A DNA stretch of 40,711 bases from Dimargaris cristalligena. Taxonomy: Eukaryota. Positions 10,702-22,000 of the stretch are shown piece after piece; the stretch's first letter is position 1; every line of letters starts with the position of its first letter. A program made the position numbers and the translations under genes. Location of the stretch: NCBI GenBank assembly GCA_003614675.1, contig ML002335.1, forward strand, positions 1 to 40,711. Reading direction: 5' to 3'. The notes beneath the pieces are model-generated. The model saw only the letters and a list, made by a program, of their open reading frames with translations. It was not told the origin of the DNA and did not search any database.

Positions 10702-11952
10702 ATGCACCGTCCCCCCCTCCAGTCCATCTTCATCACCTCCTGCGACGAATGGCTAGGCTATTCCCTCGCCAAGGCCCTACTCACCGCCTACTACCCCGAC
10801 GACCCCCTCCACCAAGTCTGGTGCGGCGTTATCCAGCCCCAAACCCCCTACACCGAGGACCTTAAATTCCACGGCGGCCACATTGTCTCTTATGACCCGC
10901 GCAATCCCCCACCTGCCCGCCTGCACACCCACTTTAGCCGTTGTGATGCCGTTATTCTGGTTCCGATGCACCAGCACGAGCGGGACCGGATTGATATCTG
11001 GCGGTATTTTTTCATTTCCATTGAGGAAGCGCGCCGAACCAGACCAACAGCCACCCAGTTACAGGTGTATATGCTGTCGGTGTTGAATTTGGACCATATT
11101 TCGGATGGTCGGTTTCAGTTCCTCCTGTCCATGGAGAATCTGTTCCGGGACTGGTTTGAAACTCACCCCTTGCTGAGTTGGAAGGATCTCGTGGCCAAGG
11201 CGACGGCCTCCCCCATAACTACTGCTACGGTTGCTACGCTTGGCCCTGCTGCTACTGCTACTGCTGCTGTTGCTGTTTCTGATACTTCATTGGCGCCCAT
11301 AAGTGCTGCCGGGCCAAGCTATAGTAGTGCGACTGTGTCGGAGGATACTGCGGACCACCCCCATCAGCACCGGGGTGCTATTTTGCGTTTTACACTGCCG
11401 CTCGAACATCTACTACTCTACCAGGCGCGGATCCGGGACCGCCGGGCCATCGAACTCCCTATTGGCGAAGCTTCCTTCACCCCCATTGCTCTATCGGACC
11501 TAGCCGAAGCTCTGCTGAAGCTTATCACCCAGCGCCCCTCACATCACTCGACGACAACTCCCACCACCACCACCACCTCTACTGATGAAGACCCAGCAGC
11601 GATCACCAACCCTAGGAGGGATACCCAGACGCCCCTATACAACCTGACCAATTCCACCACCACCAGCGGACAGGGTCTAGCCCACGCGGCCCAAAAGACC
11701 CTGGGCCACGAATTCCATTATCACCCCATGGCCCTTGACGAAGCCCACGACTACCTCAGCGACCATACGCATTTGACCGCTGAGGAAGTCCCGTTTACCA
11801 TCAGCTACTACCAGGTCATTCGGGATGCTAAGCAAAATAATATTTACCATGATTTGGTTAAACTGTTGGGTCGGAGTCCGAAAAGTTCGGAGGAGTTTAT
11901 GGCTCAGAACAAGAAGCGGTTGGCGGGTGGGGGCTGCGACTGCTCCATGTAA
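10702..11952 (+). CDS. NmrA-like / atypical SDR NAD(P)-binding Rossmann-fold protein
   Basis: First ATG at 10702. N-terminal IFITSCDEWLGYSLAKAL beta-alpha unit; CDAVILVP; LPIGEASFTPIALSDLAEA; YNLT..SGQGLA; DLVKLLGRSPKSSEEF typical of NmrA-like C-termini. Two Thr/Ala-rich insertions. Confidence 0.7.
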   Translation: MHRPPLQSIFITSCDEWLGYSLAKALLTAYYPDDPLHQVWCGVIQPQTPYTEDLKFHGGHIVSYDPRNPPPARLHTHFSRCDAVILVPMHQHERDRIDIWRYFFISIEEARRTRPTATQLQVYMLSVLNLDHISDGRFQFLLSMENLFRDWFETHPLLSWKDLVAKATASPITTATVATLGPAATATAAVAVSDTSLAPISAAGPSYSSATVSEDTADHPHQHRGAILRFTLPLEHLLLYQARIRDRRAIELPIGEASFTPIALSDLAEALLKLITQRPSHHSTTTPTTTTTSTDEDPAAITNPRRDTQTPLYNLTNSTTTSGQGLAHAAQKTLGHEFHYHPMALDEAHDYLSDHTHLTAEEVPFTISYYQVIRDAKQNNIYHDLVKLLGRSPKSSEEFMAQNKKRLAGGGCDCSM

Positions 11953-12377
11953 CAGCCAAGGGCCACCTACCCCCTGTCGAGAGTACCACACCTCCCAGTA
12001 TCTACTATATATTACACATTCATTGAAATATAGTCGCGGGGTACTTCAATTGCTGTTTCTTTCACCTAATAGTAGTTACCCTGGCAGAATCTAGGCAATG
12101 TGCACTATAGCATTTTTTTGTATTTAGGTTTATTAAACAATCAATGGTAACGCGTAATATATATCTATAAAAAAAAACAATAGCAATAATATGTATAGTA
12201 TGAATAATAAAACAAAATTTCAATCAAGAGCCTGAAATGAAAGAAATGGGGTTCGCTCTCTCTCTCATACTATCTATCCATTCACATTTCTAAAAGATAT
12301 CCGCAAATAAAATATATATAAAAAAACATACGAATACACTGCTGCGCTTCTACATGCCAGTCAGCCGAGTCGGGGAA

Positions 12378-14075
12378 TTATAGTTTGCTATGCATTTGCT
12401 GAGCGGCCCGAGAGTTGTGGGGTCGGCCCAGGTATTTGGAGATAAAGTCGCCGGTTCGGAGTAGCTTCTCCAGGTCCACATTGGTACGGTAACCGAGGCT
12501 ATTAAGACGCTGGACCACGTCCTCAGTTGCCACATTGCCGGTGGCACCCTTGGCGTAGGGGCAACCACCCAGACCAGCTACGGAACTGTCTACCACGCGA
12601 ATGCCATGCTGTGGGCGGAAATGTCGGAATAAGGGTAAGACAGAAAATATATGCAAAGGGCAATAAAAGCACATGTAGATAAATATCAGGAGGCCGATTC
12701 AGCGGAATTAATCACTTTACGCAAGGGAGGATATAAGAGGGGGAATAAAGTGGTATAAGAGCCACTAACCCCGTACCTTCCCCTGACATTGATACCACTA
12801 GATATTATTTAATCAAAGCTATGCTGTGGGAAGATCATGACAATAAATTAACCGTGCATGGCGAATAGCGCTCCTTACCTTCAAGGCTTCTTCAATGTTA
12901 TCCAAGGCCCGCCCGTAAGTGTCGTGGCAGTGGACGGCCAGCTGCTCCGGAGGCACCACCCTTGCGACGGCCCGCAGCATGGCGTCCATCGTTTCCGGGG
13001 TGCCCGTGCCAATCGTATCACCGAGGGAAATCTCGTAACAACCCATTTCGTACAGTGTCCGAGATACCCGGGCCACGGCTTCGGGGGTGATGGTGGGGCC
13101 TTCGTACGGGCAGCCCAGCACACAGGATACGTAGCCCCGCACGGGAATACCGGCGACCCGAGCCGCATCCATCACACTCTGGAACCGGTCCAGACTTTCG
13201 GCGATGGAGCAATTGATATTCTTTTGGCTGAAGGATTCCGAGGCGGCCCCGAAAATGGCGACCTCCTTTGCACCGGCTCGGAGGGCGCTTTGGAAACCCT
13301 TGAGGTTGGGGGTTAGGACGGGGTAGTTGACCCCGGGTTTAGGGTGGATTTGGGCCATGATCTGAGCTGCATCACCCATCTGAAGAGTCGCGACCGGGTC
13401 ATTGGTATACATAGGAATGTAAATATAATGTAAGAGAGGAAAAAAGGCGAGAATTTTAGTACAAGAGGCTTCAATGGGGAGTACGACATGAAAGTATTGA
13501 AGACCCCCTAGCTGGATAGGTAGAGGGCGGGGAGGTTGCAAAGCCGGTTTCTGTGTTTCCTGACCGTAGATATACCGGGTGTTTAGGGAGTTTATAGCCG
13601 TTTCTGCTATTGGATATACAATCACCAAGAAAACAACCCAAAGGAAAACCGGAGGCAATCTTACCTGAGGTACCCATTTCGGGGAAACGAACGAAGTGGC
13701 CTCGACGACACTGAGGCCGGCCTCGGCCAATCGGTCAATGAGTTCGACTTTAGTGGCGGTGTCCACCAGTTTCTTTTCGTTTTGAAGACCGTCCCGGGGC
13801 CCGACCTCGACGATTTTTACAAAAGGCCGCAGGACCTTCTCCCCTGCAGCCACTGCCGCATTAGCATTGGTAGGAGTGGTGGTGGAATAGGAAGCGGGGC
13901 GGATGCGCCAGGGCCGAGTCATGCGGAACTGTTGCCGACTAGTATAGGAGAACGAAGGGCCACCACTGCTAAAGGGAGTAGACGAAAAAGTCCGAAGGGG
14001 GTGGAGAAAATGGGGAGACGGAGGCGCCTGGCGAAGACTTGGGAGACAACGCGGTACAGACGAGGCGATAAGCAT
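12378..14075 (-). CDS. HMGCL: Hydroxymethylglutaryl-CoA lyase; exons 14075-13665, 13379-12879 and 12608-12378
   Basis: [42 protein letters not shown] and [24 protein letters not shown] are present. Introns GTAAGA..CAG (285 nt) and GTAAGG..CAG (270 nt) restore the frame. Arg/Ser-rich presequence and C-terminal SKL. Confidence 0.97.
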
Positions 14076-14309
14076 AACTCGGGCTAGTACGGTGGGTAGT
14101 TGTTATATAGAGATAAAAAGGCAGATAAGGAGGAGGAGGGGAAGGGTATATATAAGATATATAGACCTGGCAATTGACACGAGCCACGGACGGTCGGAGA
14201 CTTAAAGGGAAGGTTGGAAGAGATAAGGCTGAGAATATGAGAAGAGGGAGGTGGAAAGGAAGGGTGAGCCACCAAAGGGAATGGTGGGGTATATAGTATT
14301 ATAAGGTCA

Positions 14310-14314
<5 letters not shown>

Positions 14315-14364
<50 letters not shown>
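14315..14364. repeat. (GA)25 microsatellite in the HMGCL upstream region
   Basis: Perfect GA run read directly. Confidence 0.95.
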
Positions 14365-14368
<4 letters not shown>

Positions 14369-15189
14369 GGCTGAGGTCTCGACTTAACCGGAAGGCATGA
14401 TGGACTTAGAATGGCTTGCCTAATATAAAGAGAAAGAGAGAGTGGGAGGTAGAAGGGGTTTAAAAGGGGGGAATATAAAGGCGTTTAATAAATATAGATA
14501 GATAAGAAACGAAAGGAAAGGAATGGAATGGAAAAGAGCACAGCAATCGAGTCACGGGAGGCATACAGTGACTATATGCGGTGGGGATGGTGATTTCCTC
14601 TTTAGTAACTAAAACGCAAGTCACGCCGAGGATAATTAGACGGCTGGTCATTGGACCTTGGTGGATTAGTCAGGCAGGCAGCCTCTCACCCTACCGCACA
14701 AAATAACCCATTAATTGGCTGGACCGCCCCACCACCAAATTAACCAACACCCCTCCGCCCCCATAAATTCGTTTCTAGAATATAACGTATTAATTACCAT
14801 TCTTGATAGTATTATATATTCATAGGCTTGATTACCGATAAGTAGTAGATCCATGTATTAGCCCTCTATAGTTTTAAAATCGGAATAGTCGGCTTATAAG
14901 CAACACTCCCTCCCTCCACAACGACTTGTGTCTAATTCGACAAACCTTGTCCATGGGATTGCTATTTGAGACCCTGATGATGTCATTGGCTCGTTTATGT
15001 ACCCGCCGATTCTCATCACTGTCTTTCTTTCCCTCGTTCCATCCTGGTGACCGTAGCGCCAACGCGAGTTATATTACACCCCGCCGGAGTCCACGCCAAA
15101 CCCCGCACCAATCGCTGGATAAGCCGACCCCAGCTATGGTTAGCTCTACTCCTTTGGGAATATAATGTTCTACTATTGCTCGATTGATT

Positions 15190-15215
15190 TATGTATGTAT
15201 GTATGTATGTATGTA
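15190..15215. repeat. (TATG)6 microsatellite
   Basis: tatgtatgtatgtatgtatgtatgta read directly. Confidence 0.9.
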
Positions 15216-15430
15216 GACTGTCGAGTGGGGATAGAGGGCTACTCCCCCCTCCCCAAATAATAATACTAATAATAGTAATATGGGTGCCATGCTAAAAAGC
15301 CATAAAGCCAGTGGTTAATGAAATCTCCCAAAGTAGACTAGAGTGGGCCAAGCAAGCCCTCCGTATCATATATACCATACCGCAATTCCTAGATGGCCAC
15401 GCACACCCCCTTCCTTTCCTTTCCTTTAAT

Positions 15431-17974
15431 TTACTTGGACTTTTCCAAGTACTGCACCAAGTTACGGATGGTCTGCACCATTTCGTCCTTCTCCACCAAA
15501 TACCGCTGCCACGCCTCTTCCTCCACCGACTCCGTCAACACCGGCAATGGCTGCGACGCGTAACCGGTGTTCAGTCCCGGCGCGAACACCAGATGCTTAT
15601 ACCACGGTCGGCTCGGGATACCTGCCACCGCGATGAACTGCTGCTCGAAAAAGCCCAGTTGGTCATTGAATTGGTGCCGACGACGCAGGCACTGGGCCAG
15701 CTTTTTCTCGGCGTCATGTTTCTTCTTATCCTTCTTCTTCTTCTTGCTCAGTTCCAGGTCGGTTTCGTCGGATACAGCGGCGACTTGCGCAACGGCCTTT
15801 TCGCAGTTGGCCCCGGATTTATCGGTGAATCGGCGGACTTGATCGTGGAAAGTAACCGCGGCCTGGCGAAGATTCGCAATAGCTCCGTAAAACGACTGCA
15901 GGTCGAGGACTTCGCCGTGACACTCGGTATCCGGGGTGCTGCTTGCTGGGGAGGTCATAGCGGTATGGTTAGACCCGGGGCAGAGTTTACGGTGAATAGC
16001 AACCTCCAAATCGACGAGGTAGCCCTTCAGCGCATCCGCATAGGTCGTCAAATTGAGGGGCAGGAGGGATGCGTCGGCCAATTGCAGGGCAATGCCGCCC
16101 AACACGCCCGTCGCTGCCCGGTGGTAGTGGTAATGGGGATCAACGAACTTTTCCATCCAGTGCCGACTATCGTAGGCCGAGTGATAAGTACCCCCGTAGC
16201 CCACAAAAGAGAAATCCATGGCGGCGATACCGGCGTGTTGCAAAAACGCAGTGAAATCGGAACCGGATCCCAGGGGATGCACGACGGGCGGGAGATGACG
16301 AGCCGGGGGGTCATTATCCGCATTAATAATCGGATCAGCGCCACCCACTGCCGATTCGGTCTCGGCCTGGTGCTTCTTCGGTGCATCATTCACCCACTGG
16401 TCATAGACCGAGCCGGACGTACCGCCCAGTGCCACATCCTTGGTCACTTGGTAAATCAAGGGGTTAAGCGACGGCGACGCAAAGGCCACGAAGTGGTGGC
16501 CCATGACCACATTGTCGACATTAATGTACGCCACCGCCTCGCGTTGCAGCCACGCCAAATGGTCCTCGACCCACTCGGTCGACCCAATGAGTCCGTATTC
16601 TTCGGCGTCCCACGAGCACAAGTAAATGGTTCGGCGGGGGCGCCAGCCGGCCCGGAGGAGGATACCCAGGCTGCGGGCGGTTTCCAAAAGGACGGCCGAA
16701 CCGGACCCGGGGTCGGCGGCCCCGAATACCCAGGCGTCACGGTGGTTACCCACGATCACGGCCCGGTCGGGTTCCGCCCAGCCTTCGATACGGGCAACGA
16801 CGTTCCAAATCGGGGTGATGCGGCCTTCCATACGGTTCACGAGGTTCACCCGGGCCTCGGAAGGTCCTACCGAGTACGTAACACCAGGATCAGCACCAGC
16901 ATCACTATGGGCACCGGCTCCTTCCCAGTCGGAACCAGCCTGGAGCGCGCTGGGTCCATGACCGGACAGGGCCCGCAGCAGGGGGAGGGCGTTAGTGTAG
17001 GACAGCGGGATGGACGGAATCTTGGGCAGGTTCGTGACATCTTCCCGGGCCAGTCGTTCCGCATCCCGGTGGGCGGGTACGCCGGGGGTTAAGGGATCCC
17101 CGGGGTAGTCGGACAAAAACTGCACCGAACCACGCTGCACCGAGCCGGGGGGACGCCAGGGACCGTCGGGGTACACGGCGCCCCGGGCGGCCCCGTCGTC
17201 GGCCGGATCACTATAAATCAAGACACCCACCGCGCCGTGTTCCTGGGCCTCCCGCACTTTCAACCCCCGAAACACCTGGCCGTAGCGCACCAGCACGATA
17301 GTATCGGTCATATTGACCCCCAACGCCCGCAGCCGCGCGAAATCCTGGGGCCGGCCGTAATTGGCGTACACGAGACGGCCCGTCACATTCCCGGAGGCTG
17401 AAAAGCCGTGGAACGCCGGGGGAATGTCGCGCTGCAGGTGTGAAGTGCTGTCCTCGTCCACGATGGGTTCGCGCAAATCAGCGTCAAAGAGGAGCGGCTC
17501 GGGTTCGACGATGGCCACCCGCTGTTCCCGGGGGTAATTGAGGTAGGGGAAGTATTCCACAATGTTCACGTCGGTCAGACCGAAGTCACGCATCTGCTCC
17601 TGGGTCCACACGGCCTGGGTGCGGTTCACACCCGCTAAATGCACCCCCGAGGTGTAGTAGGTGAGGTGCTCGCGGAGGCGATGGGCTTCGGGGAGGACCT
17701 GGAAGAGTTTGTAGGCGTCTAGGCCCGGGGGGGAGGAGGGGTTACCGCCGCCGGTGTGGTTAGAACCAGTACAGGGTGGGGCGTGCTGTGGTTGCTGTTG
17801 GTGGTGGTGGTGGTGGTGAGTGGTACTAGTCAGGCGGTAAAGGGCTAGGGTCAGGAGGCCCGCTACTCCCAGCAGGGCCCAACCACGGGCGGTACGGTAC
17901 CGCGGGGGTTGTTGAGTCTGCGAGGGCAGCAACAAGCCCTTTTCGGGGCTGCCCAGGTCAAGGGTAGGCTGCAT
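15431..17974 (-). CDS. Type II membrane M28B peptidase (glutamate carboxypeptidase II / Vps70 / Tre family): PA + M28 + TfR-dimer domains
   Basis: First in-frame ATG at 17974. TM segment GWALLGVAGLLTLALY; PA motifs YANYG, RYG.VFRGLKV and VQRGSV; metal/catalytic motifs GNHRDAW, AADPGSG, DAEEYGL, INVD and TYHS; RPWYKHLVFAPG. Confidence 0.95.
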   Translation of the reverse strand: MQPTLDLGSPEKGLLLPSQTQQPPRYRTARGWALLGVAGLLTLALYRLTSTTHHHHHHQQQPQHAPPCTGSNHTGGGNPSSPPGLDAYKLFQVLPEAHRLREHLTYYTSGVHLAGVNRTQAVWTQEQMRDFGLTDVNIVEYFPYLNYPREQRVAIVEPEPLLFDADLREPIVDEDSTSHLQRDIPPAFHGFSASGNVTGRLVYANYGRPQDFARLRALGVNMTDTIVLVRYGQVFRGLKVREAQEHGAVGVLIYSDPADDGAARGAVYPDGPWRPPGSVQRGSVQFLSDYPGDPLTPGVPAHRDAERLAREDVTNLPKIPSIPLSYTNALPLLRALSGHGPSALQAGSDWEGAGAHSDAGADPGVTYSVGPSEARVNLVNRMEGRITPIWNVVARIEGWAEPDRAVIVGNHRDAWVFGAADPGSGSAVLLETARSLGILLRAGWRPRRTIYLCSWDAEEYGLIGSTEWVEDHLAWLQREAVAYINVDNVVMGHHFVAFASPSLNPLIYQVTKDVALGGTSGSVYDQWVNDAPKKHQAETESAVGGADPIINADNDPPARHLPPVVHPLGSGSDFTAFLQHAGIAAMDFSFVGYGGTYHSAYDSRHWMEKFVDPHYHYHRAATGVLGGIALQLADASLLPLNLTTYADALKGYLVDLEVAIHRKLCPGSNHTAMTSPASSTPDTECHGEVLDLQSFYGAIANLRQAAVTFHDQVRRFTDKSGANCEKAVAQVAAVSDETDLELSKKKKKDKKKHDAEKKLAQCLRRRHQFNDQLGFFEQQFIAVAGIPSRPWYKHLVFAPGLNTGYASQPLPVLTESVEEEAWQRYLVEKDEMVQTIRNLVQYLEKSK

Positions 17975-19078
17975 GGGACGGTTTAGTTCGTTATTGGGTT
18001 CACCAATGGGGCAATCAAAGGGTTGGAAAAACTTAGGAGGAGAAAAACAAAGGTCACAGGTTAAGTAGAGACAAGATAATCCTCTCGGGGAATATGAGGC
18101 AAGCACAAGTTGTCCCCGCACGACCTCGGCAACTATTAAATACTGCAAATAAGAGACCAAGTGAAGAAAGAGAGAGAGAGAGAGAAAAAGAATAGAGAGA
18201 AGTATTGACTATCCGCTTAGGTGGCCATGCACTCTTCCAAAGGCTTTGATGATTAATACGCATATATTACGTTTGATTATCAGTATTTGGCCGGTGCATA
18301 GGAGGAACCCGCCCCTCCCATCAGAGATCAAAGTACACATGCAACGGGAGAAAAAGAGAATAAAATAGGCACGTTTGCCAAGGGGAAGAAATCCCAGAGT
18401 CCCGGCAATCCTAATCCTCGTCATTTCTGCACGGAATGAGTCACACGTTGGGCAGTGAATATAGTAGGGTAGTTTTCATCAGCCCATAGAAACAGGTCAT
18501 CCGTCTTATTTACATAGTATTCATCTACTTGACGCCGGTAACAGCCATCACGAAATATATCTGCCTTTTCGAGTCAGGCCGCGGGATCATAGCAAGCGAA
18601 GTTGGAGCAAAATCATCAGCGGGGTATATCACCCAACTACTCCCTGCCTCAATAAACCCAAATGTACTCTAATACCGAGCGATGCAGTCACTACTGATGA
18701 AATCAATGGGCCAAGAGTTTATTAATAAACTAAAATAAATCGGACCCCCGTTTAGCAGTCTAATACAGAAAGGGACAAGGGAAACTGGTTGGAAGTAATA
18801 TGGCAAGAAATAAATATTCGATAAGAGTAAAATACAAGATGGCACCGAAAAGGTCCAAGTATGAAATGTAATGAAATAAAACGATGAAAATAAACCAGAA
18901 AATTTCTAATATAAAACCCGGAATAACGGCGGTTGTGGATGATGTAGTTGATCCGGGCAGGGGATGATCAATAGAGAAAATCTAGGCAGTAGTGAAAATA
19001 TTACAGAAGGGAGCAAAAGCCCGGCTCTTTAAAAAAGCAATCGATGTAATAATAAAATAAAAAGCGGATCTCCGCAGT

Positions 19079-22000
19079 TTAAACCATTGGTAATAAATCA
19101 GCCAGGGTCATTTGTTTAGGAGCCGACGGCGGGGGGTTTCCCATTCCCAGCCGGGAAGTCGCATTGGTAGTAGTCGTACCCGACCCTACTCCCCGACCCA
19201 GCGGAGTCGAAGCGGCCCTCATTTTCCCCCCGGGCCCGGTCCGGGAGTGGGCCGTCGCCGCAGCCAGGTGGCGGTCAATGGCGGACCCGACCTTCGTCCC
19301 ACCCATACCATCGAATAACACCAAATCATGGGTCCGGGACCGTTTGGTCAACATATGGACTTTGGCCGCACCCCCTCCGAACGCCGGGATGGACGGGCGT
19401 TTACGGGCATTGTGGGCAACGGACAGGAGCGGGGAATCAAAGGGTACCGAAGGGGTAATCGGCGCCGACTTCATACCCGTGCCCGTTTCCGTTTCGGGCA
19501 CCTCGATGGGGTCGTGGGACGTTCCGCTGGCCACCGGGGATGTTGTAGTAGTGGGGCGGGGCAGCGAATGGGACGAAGTGCGTCGGTGGTCCGAGTAGGA
19601 AAAGGTCGGCCGGTGTTTGGAATTAAACTGATGGTGTCCCCGAATAGCGGGGGGAGGGGGGGAAACGGACATGGTCATGGAAAGCGATAGAGGGGGCGGG
19701 GACGGCGACGGCGGTGGTGGTGGTAGCGCTGCTTGACGAAGAGGTACTGTGCCTCCTCCACCAGTACCCAGGGTCCCCCGAACCGCAAACGGATTATGGC
19801 CGCCACCAATAGTCCCTCCCCCTACGGCTAAGCTGTGGGGTGGAAGAGAGGCTGCCGTTGAGTCATCCTGAGGGCTAGTTCCCGCTTTTAATGGGTTCAG
19901 TTCTAGCATAGGTTGCAAGGAAGGGGAGGCCGATAGACGGGATTGGAGGCCTTCTTGGTGCCGACGGGCACTCCAAACGTTACTACTTGGTGTCGAGCGG
20001 GAAGGTAGAAATGCGGAAGTGGGTTGGTTCTGTTTACTGCGTAACAACTCGTACTGCTGTTTGAGCAGGTCAAACTGAAAGGGATAGGAGAAAATCGCCA
20101 TATATAAATGGCAAAGCGATAAAGGGGGTTAGTCTATGTCACACTCTAAAGGACTCAATAACGATTATTAATTGAAATTACGGATTAATAAGGTGGCTAG
20201 TTCAACCACGGCTCCGCCAACTTACCTGATTCTTCTGGCTACGGGTCCGACTTTTAAAGAGTTCTAGCTGTTCGCGAGTGCCTTTGGCGTGTTCTTCGGC
20301 GGCCATTTGCTTACGCTGGGATTCCTGAAGCTGACTAGAAACGATGGAATGTATGGGATATTTGCATGTATGACAAACAGATGAAAATAAATAGATGGAT
20401 CCCCCCGAATTGGCCATTCTAAGAGCTAGTCAAATTGGTATTATGATAGACGTCTCCGAAGGTCAGCGCAGTTAATTGGAAAAACGGATCGGGTTGACCC
20501 TGGGGAAGAGAGCCTCGTAGACTTACACTACAAACTCGTCGACGATGGACTTGAACCCTAGCAGGGTCTGTACAAGATCCTCCCGATCCATGGTTGAGCA
20601 TTCCTTTAGGATATCATCGGTTTTAAACCGCTCACTGGCTTGAAGCGCCTGGCTGATTCTAGGTGCATTAATTCGCATTGGGATTGTATGATTTGACCAC
20701 CCAGTGAGATGATGAAAAAAGCAGGGAGGATGGTATATATATTTTAGACAATCGAATTCGCTATTAAAGAACCACAGTCAACGCACAAAGGAGAACATCG
20801 AAATGAGCTCGTTGGCTAGTTACGGCTACTGTAAATGCCAATGATGAGGAGGAGGCTGAGGGGTTGCTTACGTGTGAAGGGCGGTGAGTTTGGCGTTGCC
20901 GGATTCCAGGGTTTTACAGCGTCGCTGTAGTTTTTGTTCCCGAACCTTGAGCTCTTTTAGGAAAGCGTTATACTGGTCGGTGTTCTCCTTGGCATCGTTC
21001 TGTATTTTGTCACAACGTTCTTTGAGAAGGGCAATGCAGCGGTCTTTGGTTTGAAGGATATCGGCGGTGGTCTATACCCATTGAATAAAACATTACAATA
21101 CAATTGTCGGGTGGAAGTGTGTGAAGCCGGTGGGGTTAGGGGGAAAATAGGATTAGCACGGAAATCGGAACCACGAAAGGAGGGTGGTATTCTATGTTAA
21201 AGGGAAGGCCTTGGGTGAGAATGCCCAGTCAAGAAGGACACCCTGTCCAGTCCAGTCTTGTGTTTTTCGCCACCCCCTTCCTCTATCCTTCCACCCTGTG
21301 AGCGGAGTTGGAAGGATGGACAAGATCGGCCAATCTTACAGTCAAATACAAAATAAGGCAGAGCGGTATTCCCACCGATGCTGGGAGAATGAACAATGTG
21401 GCCCTACAAAAGAACTCTGGGCCGGTAATTATCCATAATGAAATAAGGTGAAGTGATGGCCATCCACACCTGCCCACTGTGCTTGTCCTGTGGATCCAGT
21501 GGGCTGAAGGGGCCCCAGCCAATCGCCCAACCCAAGGGGACACCTCCTATACATAGTGAAGGAGGGGGGGGGCATCAGGGTGCGGGTGGGAACACCGCCG
21601 TTCCCGCCATATATTAGGTTATTTCGGAAACCCAGAGGGGGGTCAACCGGAATAGCATGCCTCAGACACCGGAACATGCGGCAAACCCACAGTGGTCCGG
21701 AGAGGCCAGGGGTAGAGATGTCTTTAAAATAGAATTATATTTAAATACAAACACTTACCGGTCCGTCTTCATGGTCTTCGTCTTCGTTGCCCATGTTACG
21801 AACGTACAGTCCCACCTCATCCCAGTCATGGAAAAGGAAATTGATTCGACAGGGGGTGACTTTGGTTTTGCAGACGGGGCACTTTTGGGCGGCGAGGGGG
21901 GATTCCAGCCAGTTAATCAAGCTGGTTTAAAAATGACGAGGAATAATAGGACTATGGGGGATTAGTATTGATAATAATGATGATGATGATGCGCCCAAGG

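Noticed and set aside
15311..17092. 593-aa plus-strand ORF
   Set aside because: Antisense shadow of the GC3-rich peptidase gene; no motifs.
17975..18160. N-terminal extension of the peptidase in the ORF track
   Set aside because: Starts at a non-ATG codon and is pyrimidine-rich and intron/UTR-like; the first ATG is at 17974.
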